64,000 nt of DNA from Vicinamibacteria bacterium (GCA_963668695.2 CAXXLQ010000004.1:2240001-2304000), one strand, 5' to 3'. Shown: positions 49,330-59,880, counted from the stretch's first letter. Translations and numbers: made by a program. The notes: generated from the letters alone by a model not told the origin.

Positions 49330-51095
49330 TTGGCGCGGTTGCGGAAGATCCACACCGCGGCCGCGACCGCGATACCGGCAACGACCAGGGAACCGGCATT
49401 GACCGGTCCCAGCGTGCCCGACCACAGGATCGCATAACCGAGGGCTCCCGGGAGCAGGGCGTAGTAGACGAACGGAACCAGCGTGCGCCGGATCACGGCG
49501 CCTTCACGGCCGACCAGTCCGACGACCGCCGAGGCGGCCACCACGTTGTGGACGCAGATCATGTTCCCGGCCGCTCCCCCGACCGCCTGGAGCGCGACCA
49601 CCCATCCGGGATCCACCGAGAGACGCTCGCCGACTCCGAACTGGAACAAGGAGAACATCATGTTGCTCACGGTGTTGCTGCCGGCGACGAAGGCCCCGAG
49701 GCCGCCGATGAAGGGTGCGAAGAACGGCCAAGCCGACCCCGCGATCTGTGCGGCGCCCTCGGCGAGGGCGATGGGCATCGAGGCGAGCCCTGCCGCACCG
49801 CCGCCGGTATTCAGGAACACCTGCACCATGGGCACGGTGAACACCAGCGCCACCGAAGCGAGAGCGGTGCTCCGGAGCGAGGCAGAAACCGCGCGTCCGA
49901 TCTGATCCCGGTCCATCCGGTGGATCAGGACCGCAAACAGCGAGGCGGCGATGAAGACGGCGCCCGGAAGGAACAATGGTGCGGCGCTCGCGCTGATGTC
50001 GCTGCCGAAGATCTCCGGCCAGCGAATCACCACCCCCGAGAGGAACTCCTTGAAGGGTAGCCACGGCAGGCGGGTGAGCACCAGGAGGCCGCCGACAACC
50101 GCGTAGGGAGCCCACGCGGACACGGCTCCGATCGTCCGGCCCTTTGCAGGTTGGATATCGGAGATCAGCTTCCCGCCGACCCAGTCTGCGTCCCAGGCGG
50201 AGCGCGCCGGGAACTCGAAGTGCTGCCCGACGGGGGGCATGAAGAGGCCCCGCCGGGCGGCGGTAACGACGATCCCGAGCCCGACCAGGCCGCCGAGCAG
50301 CGCCGGGAATTCCGGGCCGAGCAGCCAAGCGGTCAGCAGGTAGGGGACGATCATCGCCACCGCGGCGAAGAGGGCGAATTTCCAGACCGCGAGTCCCTCC
50401 CGGAAACTCCGGCGCTCGCCGAAGAACCGGGTCATGGTGGCGACCACGATGAGCGGGACCAGGGTGCCGGCGACGGCATGCAGGATCGCAACCCGAAGTC
50501 CGATGAAGGCCAGGAACTCGGTCCATTCCGGGAATCCGAGCCCGGCGGCGTAGGCGGCGACCGCTTCCGATCCCGAGAGACCGGTGGAGACCCCGACCAG
50601 GATCGGGGTTCCCGCGGCGCCAAAGGAGACGGGAGTGCTCTGGATGATCATTCCCGCCACCACGGCGGCGAGCGGCGGGAACCCGAGGCCCACCAGCAAC
50701 GGCACGGCAACCGCCGCCGGAGTCCCAAATCCGGCAGACCCCTCGATGAACGACCCGAACAGCCAGGCGATCAGGATGACCTGGATGCGCCGGTCGGGAG
50801 TGATGCCGACGAATCCCCGCCGGATTACCGAGAGAGCCCCGCTCTCCTGCATGGTGTGCAGGAGCAGAAGCGCGCCGAAGATGATGTACAGCAGCGTCCC
50901 TGCGACCACCAGGCCGTTGACCGAGGCGGCGGCGATCCGGACGCCGGAAATGCCCCAGACACCCCAAGCGAGTCCCGCCGCAGCGAGCCAGCTCAGCGGC
51001 ATGGCGCGCGACGCCGGCCAGCGCAAGCCGACCAGAAAGAGTGCGACCACCCCGATCGGGATGAGCGCGATCGCGGCAAGACCAAGAGTTCCCAT
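49326..51095 (-). CDS. lctP: L-lactate permease
   Basis: [47 protein letters not shown]; many TM helices. Confidence 0.92.
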   Translation of the reverse strand: MGTLGLAAIALIPIGVVALFLVGLRWPASRAMPLSWLAAAGLAWGVWGISGVRIAAASVNGLVVAGTLLYIIFGALLLLHTMQESGALSVIRRGFVGITPDRRIQVILIAWLFGSFIEGSAGFGTPAAVAVPLLVGLGFPPLAAVVAGMIIQSTPVSFGAAGTPILVGVSTGLSGSEAVAAYAAGLGFPEWTEFLAFIGLRVAILHAVAGTLVPLIVVATMTRFFGERRSFREGLAVWKFALFAAVAMIVPYLLTAWLLGPEFPALLGGLVGLGIVVTAARRGLFMPPVGQHFEFPARSAWDADWVGGKLISDIQPAKGRTIGAVSAWAPYAVVGGLLVLTRLPWLPFKEFLSGVVIRWPEIFGSDISASAAPLFLPGAVFIAASLFAVLIHRMDRDQIGRAVSASLRSTALASVALVFTVPMVQVFLNTGGGAAGLASMPIALAEGAAQIAGSAWPFFAPFIGGLGAFVAGSNTVSNMMFSLFQFGVGERLSVDPGWVVALQAVGGAAGNMICVHNVVAASAVVGLVGREGAVIRRTLVPFVYYALLPGALGYAILWSGTLGPVNAGSLVVAGIAVAAAVWIFRNRAN

Positions 51096-51161
51096 GAGAG
51101 TTATCGGCTAACCGCCTTCCTGGCCCCCGCGGCCTGCGGAGGGCTGACTAGAATCCCGGCC

Positions 51162-52469
51162 GTGCCACGGGCATCGTTTACGTCGCTGGGCTGTCGTCTC
51201 AACCACACAGAGGCAGCGAACTGGGCGGGGCAGTTCGCGGGCAAAGGCTACACGATCGTTCCCTGGGGGGAGCCGACCGACCTCGTGGTCATCAACACCT
51301 GTTCGGTGACCCATCGAGCGGAGGCGCACTGCCGCAACACCGTGCGGCGGACGCTTCGTCACTCACCCGAGGCCTTCGTGGTGGTGGCGGGGTGCTATGC
51401 GCAATCCGGCCTCGACGCCCTTCGGGAAATCGCCGGAGTGGACATGATCGTCGGGACCGAATTCAAGGAGAGCTTCCCGGACTACCTGGATCGGCCCCGA
51501 AAACTACCCGAACCGGTCGTTCTCCACTCGGCGCGGATTTCACGCCATGAATTCGAGGTTCCGTCGACTGGGCGCTACGACACCACCCGCGCCAATCTCA
51601 AGGTGCAGGACGGCTGCGACTTCTTTTGTTCGTTCTGCATCATCCCCTACACGCGGGGCCGGGAGCGCAGCCGGCGATTTGACGACCTGGTCCGGGAGGC
51701 CCGGGAACTCGCCGAAGCCGGGTATCAGGAACTCGTGCTCACGGGGGTGAACATCGGGCGCTACCAAAGCGGAGGCCGCACACTGACTGATGTCGCGGAC
51801 CGGCTCGAGGAGGTCCCTGGCGTACGGAGAATCCGCATCACTTCGATCGAGCCCACTACCGTGGAAGAACGCTTGCTCGAGCGAATGGCCGAGCGCGGGG
51901 CGCTCTGCCGCTATCTGCATCTCCCGGTACAGAGCGGAGACGATGAAGTGCTGGCCCGGATGGGCCGCCGCTACCGCATGCGCGATTACCGCGAGTTTGC
52001 GGATCGGGCCGTCGAAATGGTGCCCGGTCTCGGTCTCGGAACCGACGTAATTGTCGGATTTCCGGGCGAAACGGATGACGCGTTTCGGCGCACCTGCGAC
52101 AACCTGCAAGAAATGCCGTTCGCCTACTACCACGTATTCAGCTACTCGTCCCGCGCCGGAACCCGGGCCGCGGGCCTTGCCGGGCACCTCCCGCCCGATT
52201 TGGTCGCGGAGCGCAGCCGCACCCTCAGGGAACTCTCGGACCAGCGCCGGGACGCGTTCGCTAGGCGCCACCTGGGCCAGCGCGTGGAAGTTCTGTTCGA
52301 ACAGCGGGATCGTACCGGCCGCTGGACCGGTTTGACCGATTCCTACCTTCGAGTCGGGGTGGTCTCGGCGGAGCCGCTCGAAAACTGCATCCGCGAGGTG
52401 CGGATCACCCGGATCGCGAGTGAAACCCCCGGTCTTGCCGTTGGAACCCTGGTTCCAGCAGCCGGTTAG
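51162..52469 (+). CDS. mtaB: tRNA t6A37 methylthiotransferase MtaB
   Basis: LGCRLN, INTCSVT, GCYAQ, KVQDGCDFFCSFCIIP, LTGVNIG, TSIEP, TDVIVGFPGET. Confidence 0.9.
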   Translation: MPRASFTSLGCRLNHTEAANWAGQFAGKGYTIVPWGEPTDLVVINTCSVTHRAEAHCRNTVRRTLRHSPEAFVVVAGCYAQSGLDALREIAGVDMIVGTEFKESFPDYLDRPRKLPEPVVLHSARISRHEFEVPSTGRYDTTRANLKVQDGCDFFCSFCIIPYTRGRERSRRFDDLVREARELAEAGYQELVLTGVNIGRYQSGGRTLTDVADRLEEVPGVRRIRITSIEPTTVEERLLERMAERGALCRYLHLPVQSGDDEVLARMGRRYRMRDYREFADRAVEMVPGLGLGTDVIVGFPGETDDAFRRTCDNLQEMPFAYYHVFSYSSRAGTRAAGLAGHLPPDLVAERSRTLRELSDQRRDAFARRHLGQRVEVLFEQRDRTGRWTGLTDSYLRVGVVSAEPLENCIREVRITRIASETPGLAVGTLVPAAG

Positions 52470-52474
52470 GACAA

Positions 52475-52543
52475 GGAGCGCCGGTAATCACACCGGCATC
52501 GCGGCCAAGGGAGAAGGAACACACCTAGGAGCGCCGGTCTGAA
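52475..52543 (+). repeat. Two REP-like copies, the second truncated
   Basis: ggagcgccggtaatcacaccggcatcgcggcc at 52475; ggagcgccggtctgaa at 52528 cut off mid-palindrome. Confidence 0.65.
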
Positions 52544-52991
52544 CCCGACTTCGCCAAGACGGTATGTCGTGGGTCTGTAACTCGTTGACAATACGTGCCT
52601 TGGAAAATCGGGTGCCGGCAGCTTGGCACTACGTTTGTGTATTTGGGTCCGGTTTCCGGCGGGTGCGCCGGCGGTGATGGTGGGGCTCGACGCCTGCTGC
52701 CCGCGCGATCTGGGCCACCTGCGCCGGGGGGCGGACGTCCTGCCGATTCACGATCAGCCGTCCGTTCGTCTCCCGGATCGTGGTGGTCATCCGCACCCAC
52801 GGCCGCAGCCGGGTACGGATCGAGTCCCACGACAGGCGGATGCCTCGAGCCTTCAGCCGGGTGCGGATCAGGTGCACCGCGTGATAGGCGAGCACCGCCA
52901 GGAAGAGGTGCGCCGCGATCCGGCTGTGCTTCACATGCCAGATCGGCCGCAGCCCCAGCTCCGTCTTCAGCGCCCGGAACGTCGCCTCTCT
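52544..52991 (-). pseudogene. IS1634-family transposase C-terminal remnant with probable right end
   Basis: EATFRALKTELGLRPIWH...RIAAHLFLAVLAY (stop at 52629); the 5' part is replaced by a MITE composite. Confidence 0.8.
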
Positions 52992-53659
52992 TGAGCAGCC
53001 GGTGGACAAAGTCACGCGGCGTTCGGCTGGCGATGCATCCCGGCCAGACAGCCTGTGATGAAACCCACGCGGCCCAGTTCTCCCGGTGGGGGCTCGGCCG
53101 GCGATCCATCCCGGCCAAACAACCGGTGATGAAACCCACGCGGCCCAGTTCTCCCGGTGGGGGCTCGGCCGGCGATCCATCCCGGCTGAACCGCGTCGCT
53201 GCGCGCCGCTCATCGTTGCGTTTCGGTCGAAATACACCCGGGCCAGTTCTCCCGGTGGGGGCTCCTCCCTCACGCGCCTTGTCAGCCGGACCCACCGGGA
53301 GAACTGGGCCTCGCCGGCCTCGGCGCTCACGTGGGTTCCACCACCGGCTGTTCACCGCGCCGCTGCGCGCCGCTCATCGTTGCGTTTCGGTCGAAATACA
53401 CCCGGGCCAGTTCTCCCGGTGGGGGCTCCTCCCTCACGCGCCTTGTCAGACCCCCACCGGGAGCGCCTCACCGGCCTCGGCGCTCACGTGGGTTCCACCA
53501 CCGGCTGTTCACCGCGCCGCTGCGAGGCGCTCATCGTTGCGCTTCGGTCGAAATACACTTGGGCCAGTTCTCCCGGTGAGGGCTCCTCCCTTGCGCGCCT
53601 TGTCAGCCGGGCACCTCGCCAGCCTCGGCGCTCCCGCCACTTTGTCCACCGGCTACTAG
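52992..53659. mobile_element. MITE-like element family A, composite copy 11
   Basis: cagccggtggacaaagt...actttgtccaccggcta-CTAG (nrdJ stop); 71-bp unit x2 and core x3. Confidence 0.85.
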
Positions 53660-56397
53660 GAGCAGCCCGAGGTGGCGCCGCAGTTCAGGCACTTGAAGCA
53701 GGTGCCGCTCCTCACCATCAAGGCTCCGCAGGTGGAACAGGGAGGGGCATCGGCGAAGACGGCCACCGGTTCCAGCACCGTGCCACGACGGGGGTGACGA
53801 CGGGCTTTCGCCCGGGACGCCGTGGGTCGGCGTGACGCGCTGTCTTCGACGCCCATTTCGTCGGGAACCGTCAGAAAACGGTGTCCCAGCCAGCGGAAGA
53901 TGTAGTCGGTGATCGAGTCGGCGTGCGGAATGTCCGGATTGCCGGTGTATCCCGATGGTTCGAAACGGGTGTGGGAGAACTTGTCCACCAGAACCTTGAG
54001 CGGAACCCGGTACTGGAGGTTGTAGGAGACCGCCCGCGCGAAGGCGTCCATCAGTCCGGAGACGAAGGAGCCTTCCTTGGCCATTCGCAGGAAGATCTCG
54101 CACGGGGAGCCGTCCTCACGGAGCCCGACGGTGAGGTAGCCCTTGTGCCCCCCGATATCGAACTTGTGGATGATGGCGTCGCGCTCCGGCGGCAAGTGCT
54201 CCTTTTCGGCTGTGTTGGCGGCGGTCGGCCCCTCGGTCGTGGATTCGCCACGATTCAAAGGCTGAGATTTCTTGCTGCCGTCCCGATAGATGGCAACCGC
54301 CTTCAGGCCGAGCTTCCAGGAGGCGAGATAGGTCTCCTCGATGTCCTCAACCGTGCTTTCCTCGGGCATGTTGACCGTCTTGGAAATGGCGCCCGACAGG
54401 AAGGGCTGGACCGCGTGCATCATCTTGACGTGGCCCATGTAGTGGATGGAGCGCTTGCCGCCGAACGGCTCGAGGGCGCAATCGAATACCGGGAGGTGTT
54501 CCTCCTTCAAGTCGAGCGCCCCCTCGACATGGCCGTGCTCGTCCACGTAGTCCAAGATCCGCTGAATGGCCGCGTCGTCGTAGCCCAGGCGCTCCAGAGC
54601 CGAGCGCACGGTCTGATTGACGATGCGGATGATGCCGCCGCCGCTGAGCTTCTTGTGCTTGATGAGAGAAAGATCAGGCTCCACGCCGGTCGTGTCGCAA
54701 TCCATCATGAGTCCGATGGTGCCGGTGGGAGCGAGCACCGAAGCCTGGCCGTTCCGGTAGCCGTGTTCCTCTCCGAGCCCGATGGCCTCGTTCCAGACCT
54801 GGTGAGCCCGGGAGAGGATTTCCGTCGGGACTCCCGCCGTATCAATCTCCCGCGCCGCATCCCGATGCATACCCATCACCCTGAGGAACGGCGCTTCGTT
54901 CTCCGGATAGCCCTGGAACGGTCCCGTGACCTCGGCGATGCGAGCCGACTGGCGGTAGGCCCGTCCGGTCATCAGTGACGTCAGCGAAGCGGCGATCGAT
55001 CGACCGAGGTCACTGTCGTACGGGACGCCCCGGTGCATCAGGAGCGCCCCGAGGTTCGCGTAGCCGAGCCCGAGGGGCCGGAATGCGTGCGAGTTCTTCT
55101 CGATCCGCGCCGTTGGATAGCTCGCATTCCCGACGATGATTTCCATGCCGGTCAAGACCACGTCCACCGCGTGCTCAAAGCCCCCGGTGTCGAAGTCGCG
55201 TTCCTCGCTGACGAACTTCATGAGGTTCAGGGATGCGAGGTTGCAGGCGCTGTCGTCGAGGTACATGTACTCGGAACACGGATTCGAGGCGTTGATCCGC
55301 GCGGTGTTCTTGGAGGTGTGCCAGCGGTTGATGGTGTCGTCGAACTGCATGCCCGGATCGCCGCAACGGTGTGCCGATTCCGCGATCTGCCGGAACAGTT
55401 CCCGGGCTCGCATGGTGTCCATCGGCTCACCCGTGGTAATCGCGCGAGTGGACCAGTATTCGTCGTTTTCGACGGCGCGCATGAACGCATCACTCACCCG
55501 AACGCTGTGGTTGGCGTTTTGGTACTGGATGGACGCATAGGCCTCGCCGTTCAGGGAGCCGTCATAGCCCGCGTCGATGAGTGCGTGGGCCTTTTGCTCC
55601 TCGCGAGACTTGCAGTCAATGAAGTCGAGGATGTCCGGGTGATCCACGTTGAGGATCACCATCTTGGCGGCTCGGCGGGTCTTGCCGCCGCTTCGGATGA
55701 CGCCGGCGAAAGAGTCGTACCCCTTCATGAAGGAAACCGGCCCGGACGCTGTCCCGCCGCTGGACAACGGTTCCCGTGAGCTGCGGATTGTGGAAAGGTT
55801 GGTCCCGGTGCCGGACCCCCACTTGAAGAGCATCCCCTCGGTCTTGGCGAGCGTCAGGATGGAATCCATGGTGTCCTCGACCGAGTTGATGAAACAGGCC
55901 GAGCACTGGGGATGCTTCTCGACCCCGCAGTTGAACCAGACGGGTGAGTTGAACGCCGCGTACTGGTTGAGCAGCAGGAAGGTGAGTTCCTCGCGGAACG
56001 TATCCGCGGCCTCCTGGTCGGCGAAGTACCGATCCTTCACACCCCAGGCAGCGATCTGGTCGACGACCCGTCCAACGAGTTGCCGGACGCTCGATTCGCG
56101 CTCTCCCTTCTCCTGCGATCCGTGGAAGTACTTCGACGCCACGATGGTGGTGGCCATCATGGACCATGACTTCGGGAACTCCACGCCGTGCTGGGCGAAG
56201 ATCGTCTCGCCGTGCTCGTCGGTGATGATGGCGTCGCGATTTTCCCACTCCACCTGGTCATAGGGTGAGACGCCAGGTTCCGTATGGCGGCGCCGGAATT
56301 CGAGCCCGCCGGCGCGACGGGTTTTTCGCTCCTGCCGGGTTTCTTGATCCTTCCTGGAGCGAGGCGCAACGGTGGTGGGTTCTACGGCTACGTGCAT
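53656..56397 (-). CDS. nrdJ: Vitamin B12-dependent (class II) ribonucleotide reductase
   Basis: FNSPVWFN, QCSACFI, GGKTRRAAKM, NPCSE, ACNLAS, APTGTI, SGAISKTVN, YRDGSK, C-terminal CSTC..CLNCG...GCS. Confidence 0.95.
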   Translation of the reverse strand: MHVAVEPTTVAPRSRKDQETRQERKTRRAGGLEFRRRHTEPGVSPYDQVEWENRDAIITDEHGETIFAQHGVEFPKSWSMMATTIVASKYFHGSQEKGERESSVRQLVGRVVDQIAAWGVKDRYFADQEAADTFREELTFLLLNQYAAFNSPVWFNCGVEKHPQCSACFINSVEDTMDSILTLAKTEGMLFKWGSGTGTNLSTIRSSREPLSSGGTASGPVSFMKGYDSFAGVIRSGGKTRRAAKMVILNVDHPDILDFIDCKSREEQKAHALIDAGYDGSLNGEAYASIQYQNANHSVRVSDAFMRAVENDEYWSTRAITTGEPMDTMRARELFRQIAESAHRCGDPGMQFDDTINRWHTSKNTARINASNPCSEYMYLDDSACNLASLNLMKFVSEERDFDTGGFEHAVDVVLTGMEIIVGNASYPTARIEKNSHAFRPLGLGYANLGALLMHRGVPYDSDLGRSIAASLTSLMTGRAYRQSARIAEVTGPFQGYPENEAPFLRVMGMHRDAAREIDTAGVPTEILSRAHQVWNEAIGLGEEHGYRNGQASVLAPTGTIGLMMDCDTTGVEPDLSLIKHKKLSGGGIIRIVNQTVRSALERLGYDDAAIQRILDYVDEHGHVEGALDLKEEHLPVFDCALEPFGGKRSIHYMGHVKMMHAVQPFLSGAISKTVNMPEESTVEDIEETYLASWKLGLKAVAIYRDGSKKSQPLNRGESTTEGPTAANTAEKEHLPPERDAIIHKFDIGGHKGYLTVGLREDGSPCEIFLRMAKEGSFVSGLMDAFARAVSYNLQYRVPLKVLVDKFSHTRFEPSGYTGNPDIPHADSITDYIFRWLGHRFLTVPDEMGVEDSASRRPTASRAKARRHPRRGTVLEPVAVFADAPPCSTCGALMVRSGTCFKCLNCGATSGCS

Positions 56398-56485
56398 GTC
56401 GAACAGATGTCCCTCTGGAGGAGGCGGGGGAGTGGCGTGAAGACACTCCTCCGAGCGTGACAAAAGAGCATTGGATGGAACTAAA

Positions 56486-56533
56486 CCACAACATGTTGCG
56501 GTATGCAACCTCCGGCACCACAACCGGTTGTGG
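56486..56533. promoter_or_regulatory. Tandem NrdR boxes
   Basis: Palindromes ccacaacatgttgcgg (56486) and ccacaaccggttgtgg (56518), 32 bp apart, upstream of nrdJ. Confidence 0.85.
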
Positions 56534-56646
56534 GTAAGGCGCCTGCCGAGGAAAAGGGGAGTTCAGCCGGAACCGGGTCTCCGCCGGCCCTGTGCGGCCG
56601 TCAGTGCCGGGAGAACGCGGCGTCCGGGCAGTTCCTCTCCGCCACC

Positions 56647-56679
56647 AAAAAATCCCCCGGCGGCGCGGCCGCCGGGGGA
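56647..56679 (-). terminator. Rho-independent terminator
   Basis: TCCCCCGGCGGC-3 nt-GCCGCCGGGGGA stem followed by T6 on the minus strand. Confidence 0.85.
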
Positions 56680-56706
56680 CTCTTCCTGGTAAGACGGGAA
56701 GAACCT

Positions 56707-59013
56707 TCAGTTGTTGTTCGGGCGCCGGCGGCCGCTTGAACTGCTGCCACCCCGGCTCACCGCGGTGCTGCCACCGCCGCCGCCTGCGGCGCTGCTGCCG
56801 CCACCGCTGGCGCTGCTGCTGCCGCCACCGCTGGTGCTGCCGCCACCGCCGCCACCCCGGCTCGCGCCGCTCTGTCCGCTCCCCGCGAAGCGGGAGAATC
56901 CACCGGGACGACCCCGCGAGGCGCTGCTTGGCCGGCTACGCGAAGCCGCGCTCGGGCGGCTGCGCGAAGCTCCGCTCGGACGACTCCTCACGGCTCCGCT
57001 GCTCGGGCGGCTGCGGCTGGCCCCACTGCTGGGCTGGCTGCGGGAAGCTCCACTCGGGCGGCTCCGGCTGGCCCCACTGCTGGGTTGGCTGCGGGAGGCG
57101 CCACTTGGGCGGCTGCGGCTGGCCCCACTGCTGGGTTGGCTACGAGAGGCTCCGCTCGGACGATTCCGGACGGCCCCGCTGTTTGGGCGGCTACGGGGAG
57201 TGCCCGACGAGCCGGCGGAAGCAGCGCCGCTTCGCGGAGATGCGGGCCGGACCGCTGACGGTCTTCTCGTTCCTGTCTCACCCGTCCGTCCGGCCGCGCG
57301 CGGCCTGGGAGATGTCGCCGGCCGGTTACCGGCGGAGCCTTCCCGGCCGCGGGCAGCCTCTGGGCGCCCCGTCCGGCGTCCGGCTGTCGAGGGGCCGGCT
57401 GTCCCCCGGCCTTGAGCAGTGGCCCGGGACCGGTTCGCCTCGGCGCCGCGAGCGCTCCCGCTCCGTCCTGCCGCTTCGCGGGCCAGGGTGGCGCGGTCCC
57501 TTTCCGCTGCGTACGTCGACCGTGCGCTGCGCGCCCGCGCTGCGCTTGAGGGGATCGCCACGCGCTGCCCGCGCAGGGTGCTGCGATCGGCTCCCACCGC
57601 GGCGCGACCGGCGGCGGCCGCTGCTCGGGTGGTGGCGCCCCGCGAATTCGAGAGCCTGCGGTTCGTGGACTTGGCGGAGCGGATCATCGCAGTGACCCCC
57701 ACCGCGCGCTGCCGGAAACCCCTGTCCAGGATGGCTCCCCGGGACAGAACCTGAGCGTCTTCCAGGTTCCGCAGACTGGAGGCGGACAACCGGTTGCGGG
57801 AGGCCGGCTGGCCGATCACCTCCCGAGCGGTGAAACTCCAGGAACCCCGATCGGCGACGGACCCGCGGGGCACCGCCTTCCCAAGGATCGTTCCCCGCCG
57901 GACCCCGCGGCCGCCGTATTCCCGCTCGGGCCCTTCGTATCCAGAGTAGCCATACCCGGAGTAGCCATACCCGGAGTAGCCATACCCGTAGTAGTCGTAC
58001 ACGGGGTAGCCGTAGTAGTTCAGCGGAGACCAGCCGACCCAGTTGTAGCCATAGCTCCAGGAAACCCAGCCCGGACCCCATACCGAGCCCGGCAGCCAGT
58101 ACCAGCCGAGGGGACCGTGCCCCCACCTGCCGTAGTGATAAGGAGCCCATCCCCAGGGGTCGTAGGAGACCCAGGTCAGGCCGAACGGCGTGTGCGCCCA
58201 GCGTCCCTGCCGGTAGGGGGCCCAACCGGCGGAAACGGTCGGATACCAGAGCCATCCCAGATGGCCATCCTGCTGCCAGCGGCCGTGCCCGTCGAGGTCG
58301 TGGGCGTATTCCCGTACTTCCTCGGGAAGTTCGTCATAGTGAGTTTCCGCGGTGGTGACGAACCGCCGCTGGCGGTCCTCGGTCCAGGCGAAGAAGTTGT
58401 CGTTGCCCAGGTATTCCTCCGGGGAAGCCGGCGCGGCGCCTTCGAAAGCGATGGTCCGCTGACCGGCTCCGACCAGCACGGAGCCCCATTCGGTGGACAC
58501 TGTCGCAATGCCCGAGTACACGACGAACTGGACCGTCCGGCCATCTTCAAGCAGGTCCGTCCGGTACTCCCCCTCTCCCTGGGGGGAGAAGGTGCCGCCG
58601 GGGGTTTCCACAACGACCTCGGTGTCGCTGGCCATCCACACGATGAGGCTTCCGGTCCAGAATCCGAGCCGGTGCGGACTATCTCCTTCCACGTAGTCCA
58701 GCTTGGTTCCCTCGTCCATCCAGGCAGTGACCCCGCCCGCGAAGCGCAGTTCGACCTGGCCGGGTTCGCGCGTCCAGATGCGGTCTCCGGGAAGGAAGGG
58801 ACTGCCCCGCTCGGCCTCGTGAGCGCCGAAGTCGTCAGCCCGCTGATGCCAGACGTCGCCGTCGACGACGCTGAGATTCCCGTAGGCGTAGGAACGTCCG
58901 GTTTCCTCGTTGGCCTGCGCGAGCGCCGCCGAGGGCTGGCCCAGAGCAAGCAGCAGGCTCAGGGCGCCTGCGTGCCGGAGGATCTTGTTGCGCCTGTTCG
59001 CTCTTTCGTGCAT
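56707..59013 (-). CDS. FecR-domain / DUF6600-like secreted protein with low-complexity tail
   Basis: Signal peptide; GDRIWT..GQVELRF; WAPYRQGRW..WVSYDPWGWAPYHYGRW..WGPGWVSW; Arg/Ser/Gly repeats; AGGAGG RBS. Confidence 0.82.
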   Translation of the reverse strand: MHERANRRNKILRHAGALSLLLALGQPSAALAQANEETGRSYAYGNLSVVDGDVWHQRADDFGAHEAERGSPFLPGDRIWTREPGQVELRFAGGVTAWMDEGTKLDYVEGDSPHRLGFWTGSLIVWMASDTEVVVETPGGTFSPQGEGEYRTDLLEDGRTVQFVVYSGIATVSTEWGSVLVGAGQRTIAFEGAAPASPEEYLGNDNFFAWTEDRQRRFVTTAETHYDELPEEVREYAHDLDGHGRWQQDGHLGWLWYPTVSAGWAPYRQGRWAHTPFGLTWVSYDPWGWAPYHYGRWGHGPLGWYWLPGSVWGPGWVSWSYGYNWVGWSPLNYYGYPVYDYYGYGYSGYGYSGYGYSGYEGPEREYGGRGVRRGTILGKAVPRGSVADRGSWSFTAREVIGQPASRNRLSASSLRNLEDAQVLSRGAILDRGFRQRAVGVTAMIRSAKSTNRRLSNSRGATTRAAAAAGRAAVGADRSTLRGQRVAIPSSAARARSARSTYAAERDRATLAREAAGRSGSARGAEANRSRATAQGRGTAGPSTAGRRTGRPEAARGREGSAGNRPATSPRPRAAGRTGETGTRRPSAVRPASPRSGAASAGSSGTPRSRPNSGAVRNRPSGASRSQPSSGASRSRPSGASRSQPSSGASRSRPSGASRSQPSSGASRSRPSSGAVRSRPSGASRSRPSAASRSRPSSASRGRPGGFSRFAGSGQSGASRGGGGGGSTSGGGSSSASGGGSSAAGGGGGSTAVSRGGSSSSGRRRPNNN

Positions 59014-59047
59014 GGGCCACCTCCTGGAAGGCTGGCGTCTCAGGTGT

Positions 59048-59064
59048 CGCAATCCCTATGCCAG
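59048..59064 (-). promoter_or_regulatory. Sigma-54 -24/-12 promoter candidate
   Basis: CTGGCATAGGGATTGCG, 34 nt upstream of ATG 59013. Confidence 0.7.
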
Positions 59065-59157
59065 ACGACGGCCGAGTCAACGCCTGAACCGGTCGGAACC
59101 CCATTTCGGCTCATCAGGACCGGCCTGACGGTGTGTCGTGACACCGGCGCCGGCCCA

Positions 59158-59574
59158 TCAACCGAGGCGGTTCAGGAATTCCGACGCCTGGATGCGTGCC
59201 CGGGCCGCCCGGAACTTGCGCCAGGCCGGCCGGACATCGCGGTCGCGGTTCACGAGTTGCGCGAGCTTGCTCCCGTCGGAGTCAATCTCGAGAAGGGCTT
59301 CGAGACGCGCCCGCATCTCGCCTGCCGGAAGTGATTCGACGAACGCGTCCTGTTCATTCAGGGTGTCTTCAAGCCGGGGTTTCGGAACGGCGACGAAGCG
59401 ACCCCGAATATCTGATTCCAACTGCCAGACGATCTCCTGAGTGGAAGGATCCTCGTGGTCTTCCGCCACGCTCACCATGCGGGCGGTATCCCGGTCGTAG
59501 TAGTAGGTGCGTTCCAAGCCGTCGTCCACGAAAGCGGCGACCAGCGCCTCAAGCAGAGAAGGATCGGTCTCCAC
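59158..59574 (-). CDS. UPF0158 family protein
   Basis: L..AF.D....TYYYDRDT...RFVAVP....DAFVESL...RL...W.KFR pattern. Confidence 0.7.
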   Translation of the reverse strand: METDPSLLEALVAAFVDDGLERTYYYDRDTARMVSVAEDHEDPSTQEIVWQLESDIRGRFVAVPKPRLEDTLNEQDAFVESLPAGEMRARLEALLEIDSDGSKLAQLVNRDRDVRPAWRKFRAARARIQASEFLNRLG

Positions 59575-59692
59575 GGACTCGCCACCGTTGCAATCGGGAA
59601 CTAGGGGAGGCGGAAGGCCCCCGCGAGAGAGACTAATCGAGAGACCCCGGTCACGCCAATTGCTTGTTCGCGGTAGCGGGACGGCCGCATCC

Positions 59693-59879
59693 TTAACAGC
59701 CTGTGGTGGAACCCGGGTGAGCGCCGAGAGCGGTGAGGCGCCCGGCTGACAAGGCGCGTGAGGGAGGAATACCAGGTGTATCGCGACCGAAACGCAACGC
59801 AGAACGGAGCGAAGCGGAGTGGTTCAGCCGGGATGCATCGCCGCTCGAACGCCGCCTGGGTTCCACCACAGGCTGTTTA
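59693..59879. mobile_element. MITE-like element family A, copy 12
   Basis: TTAA-cagcctgtggtggaaccc...gggttccaccacaggctg-TTTA, 5 nt from the glpX stop. Confidence 0.85.
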
Positions 59880-59880
59880 C

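Noticed and set aside
50151-51161. Long N-terminal extensions in the ORF track for mtaB (also hisH, hisZ, moeB, glpX, nrdJ, VPS10-like gene)
   Set aside because: The extensions overlap other genes or repeats; family motifs begin at the later starts used here.
52624-52641. Sigma-54-like TTGGCAC-N5-TTGT
   Set aside because: -12 GC is missing and the site lies in the IS1634 remnant with no downstream gene on that strand.
53656-56397. Intein or intron in nrdJ
   Set aside because: Length and motif spacing look continuous; no intein termini or homing-endonuclease motifs seen.
56400-56700. Cobalamin riboswitch upstream of nrdJ
   Set aside because: No recognisable B12-box; the region is explained by NrdR boxes and a terminator.
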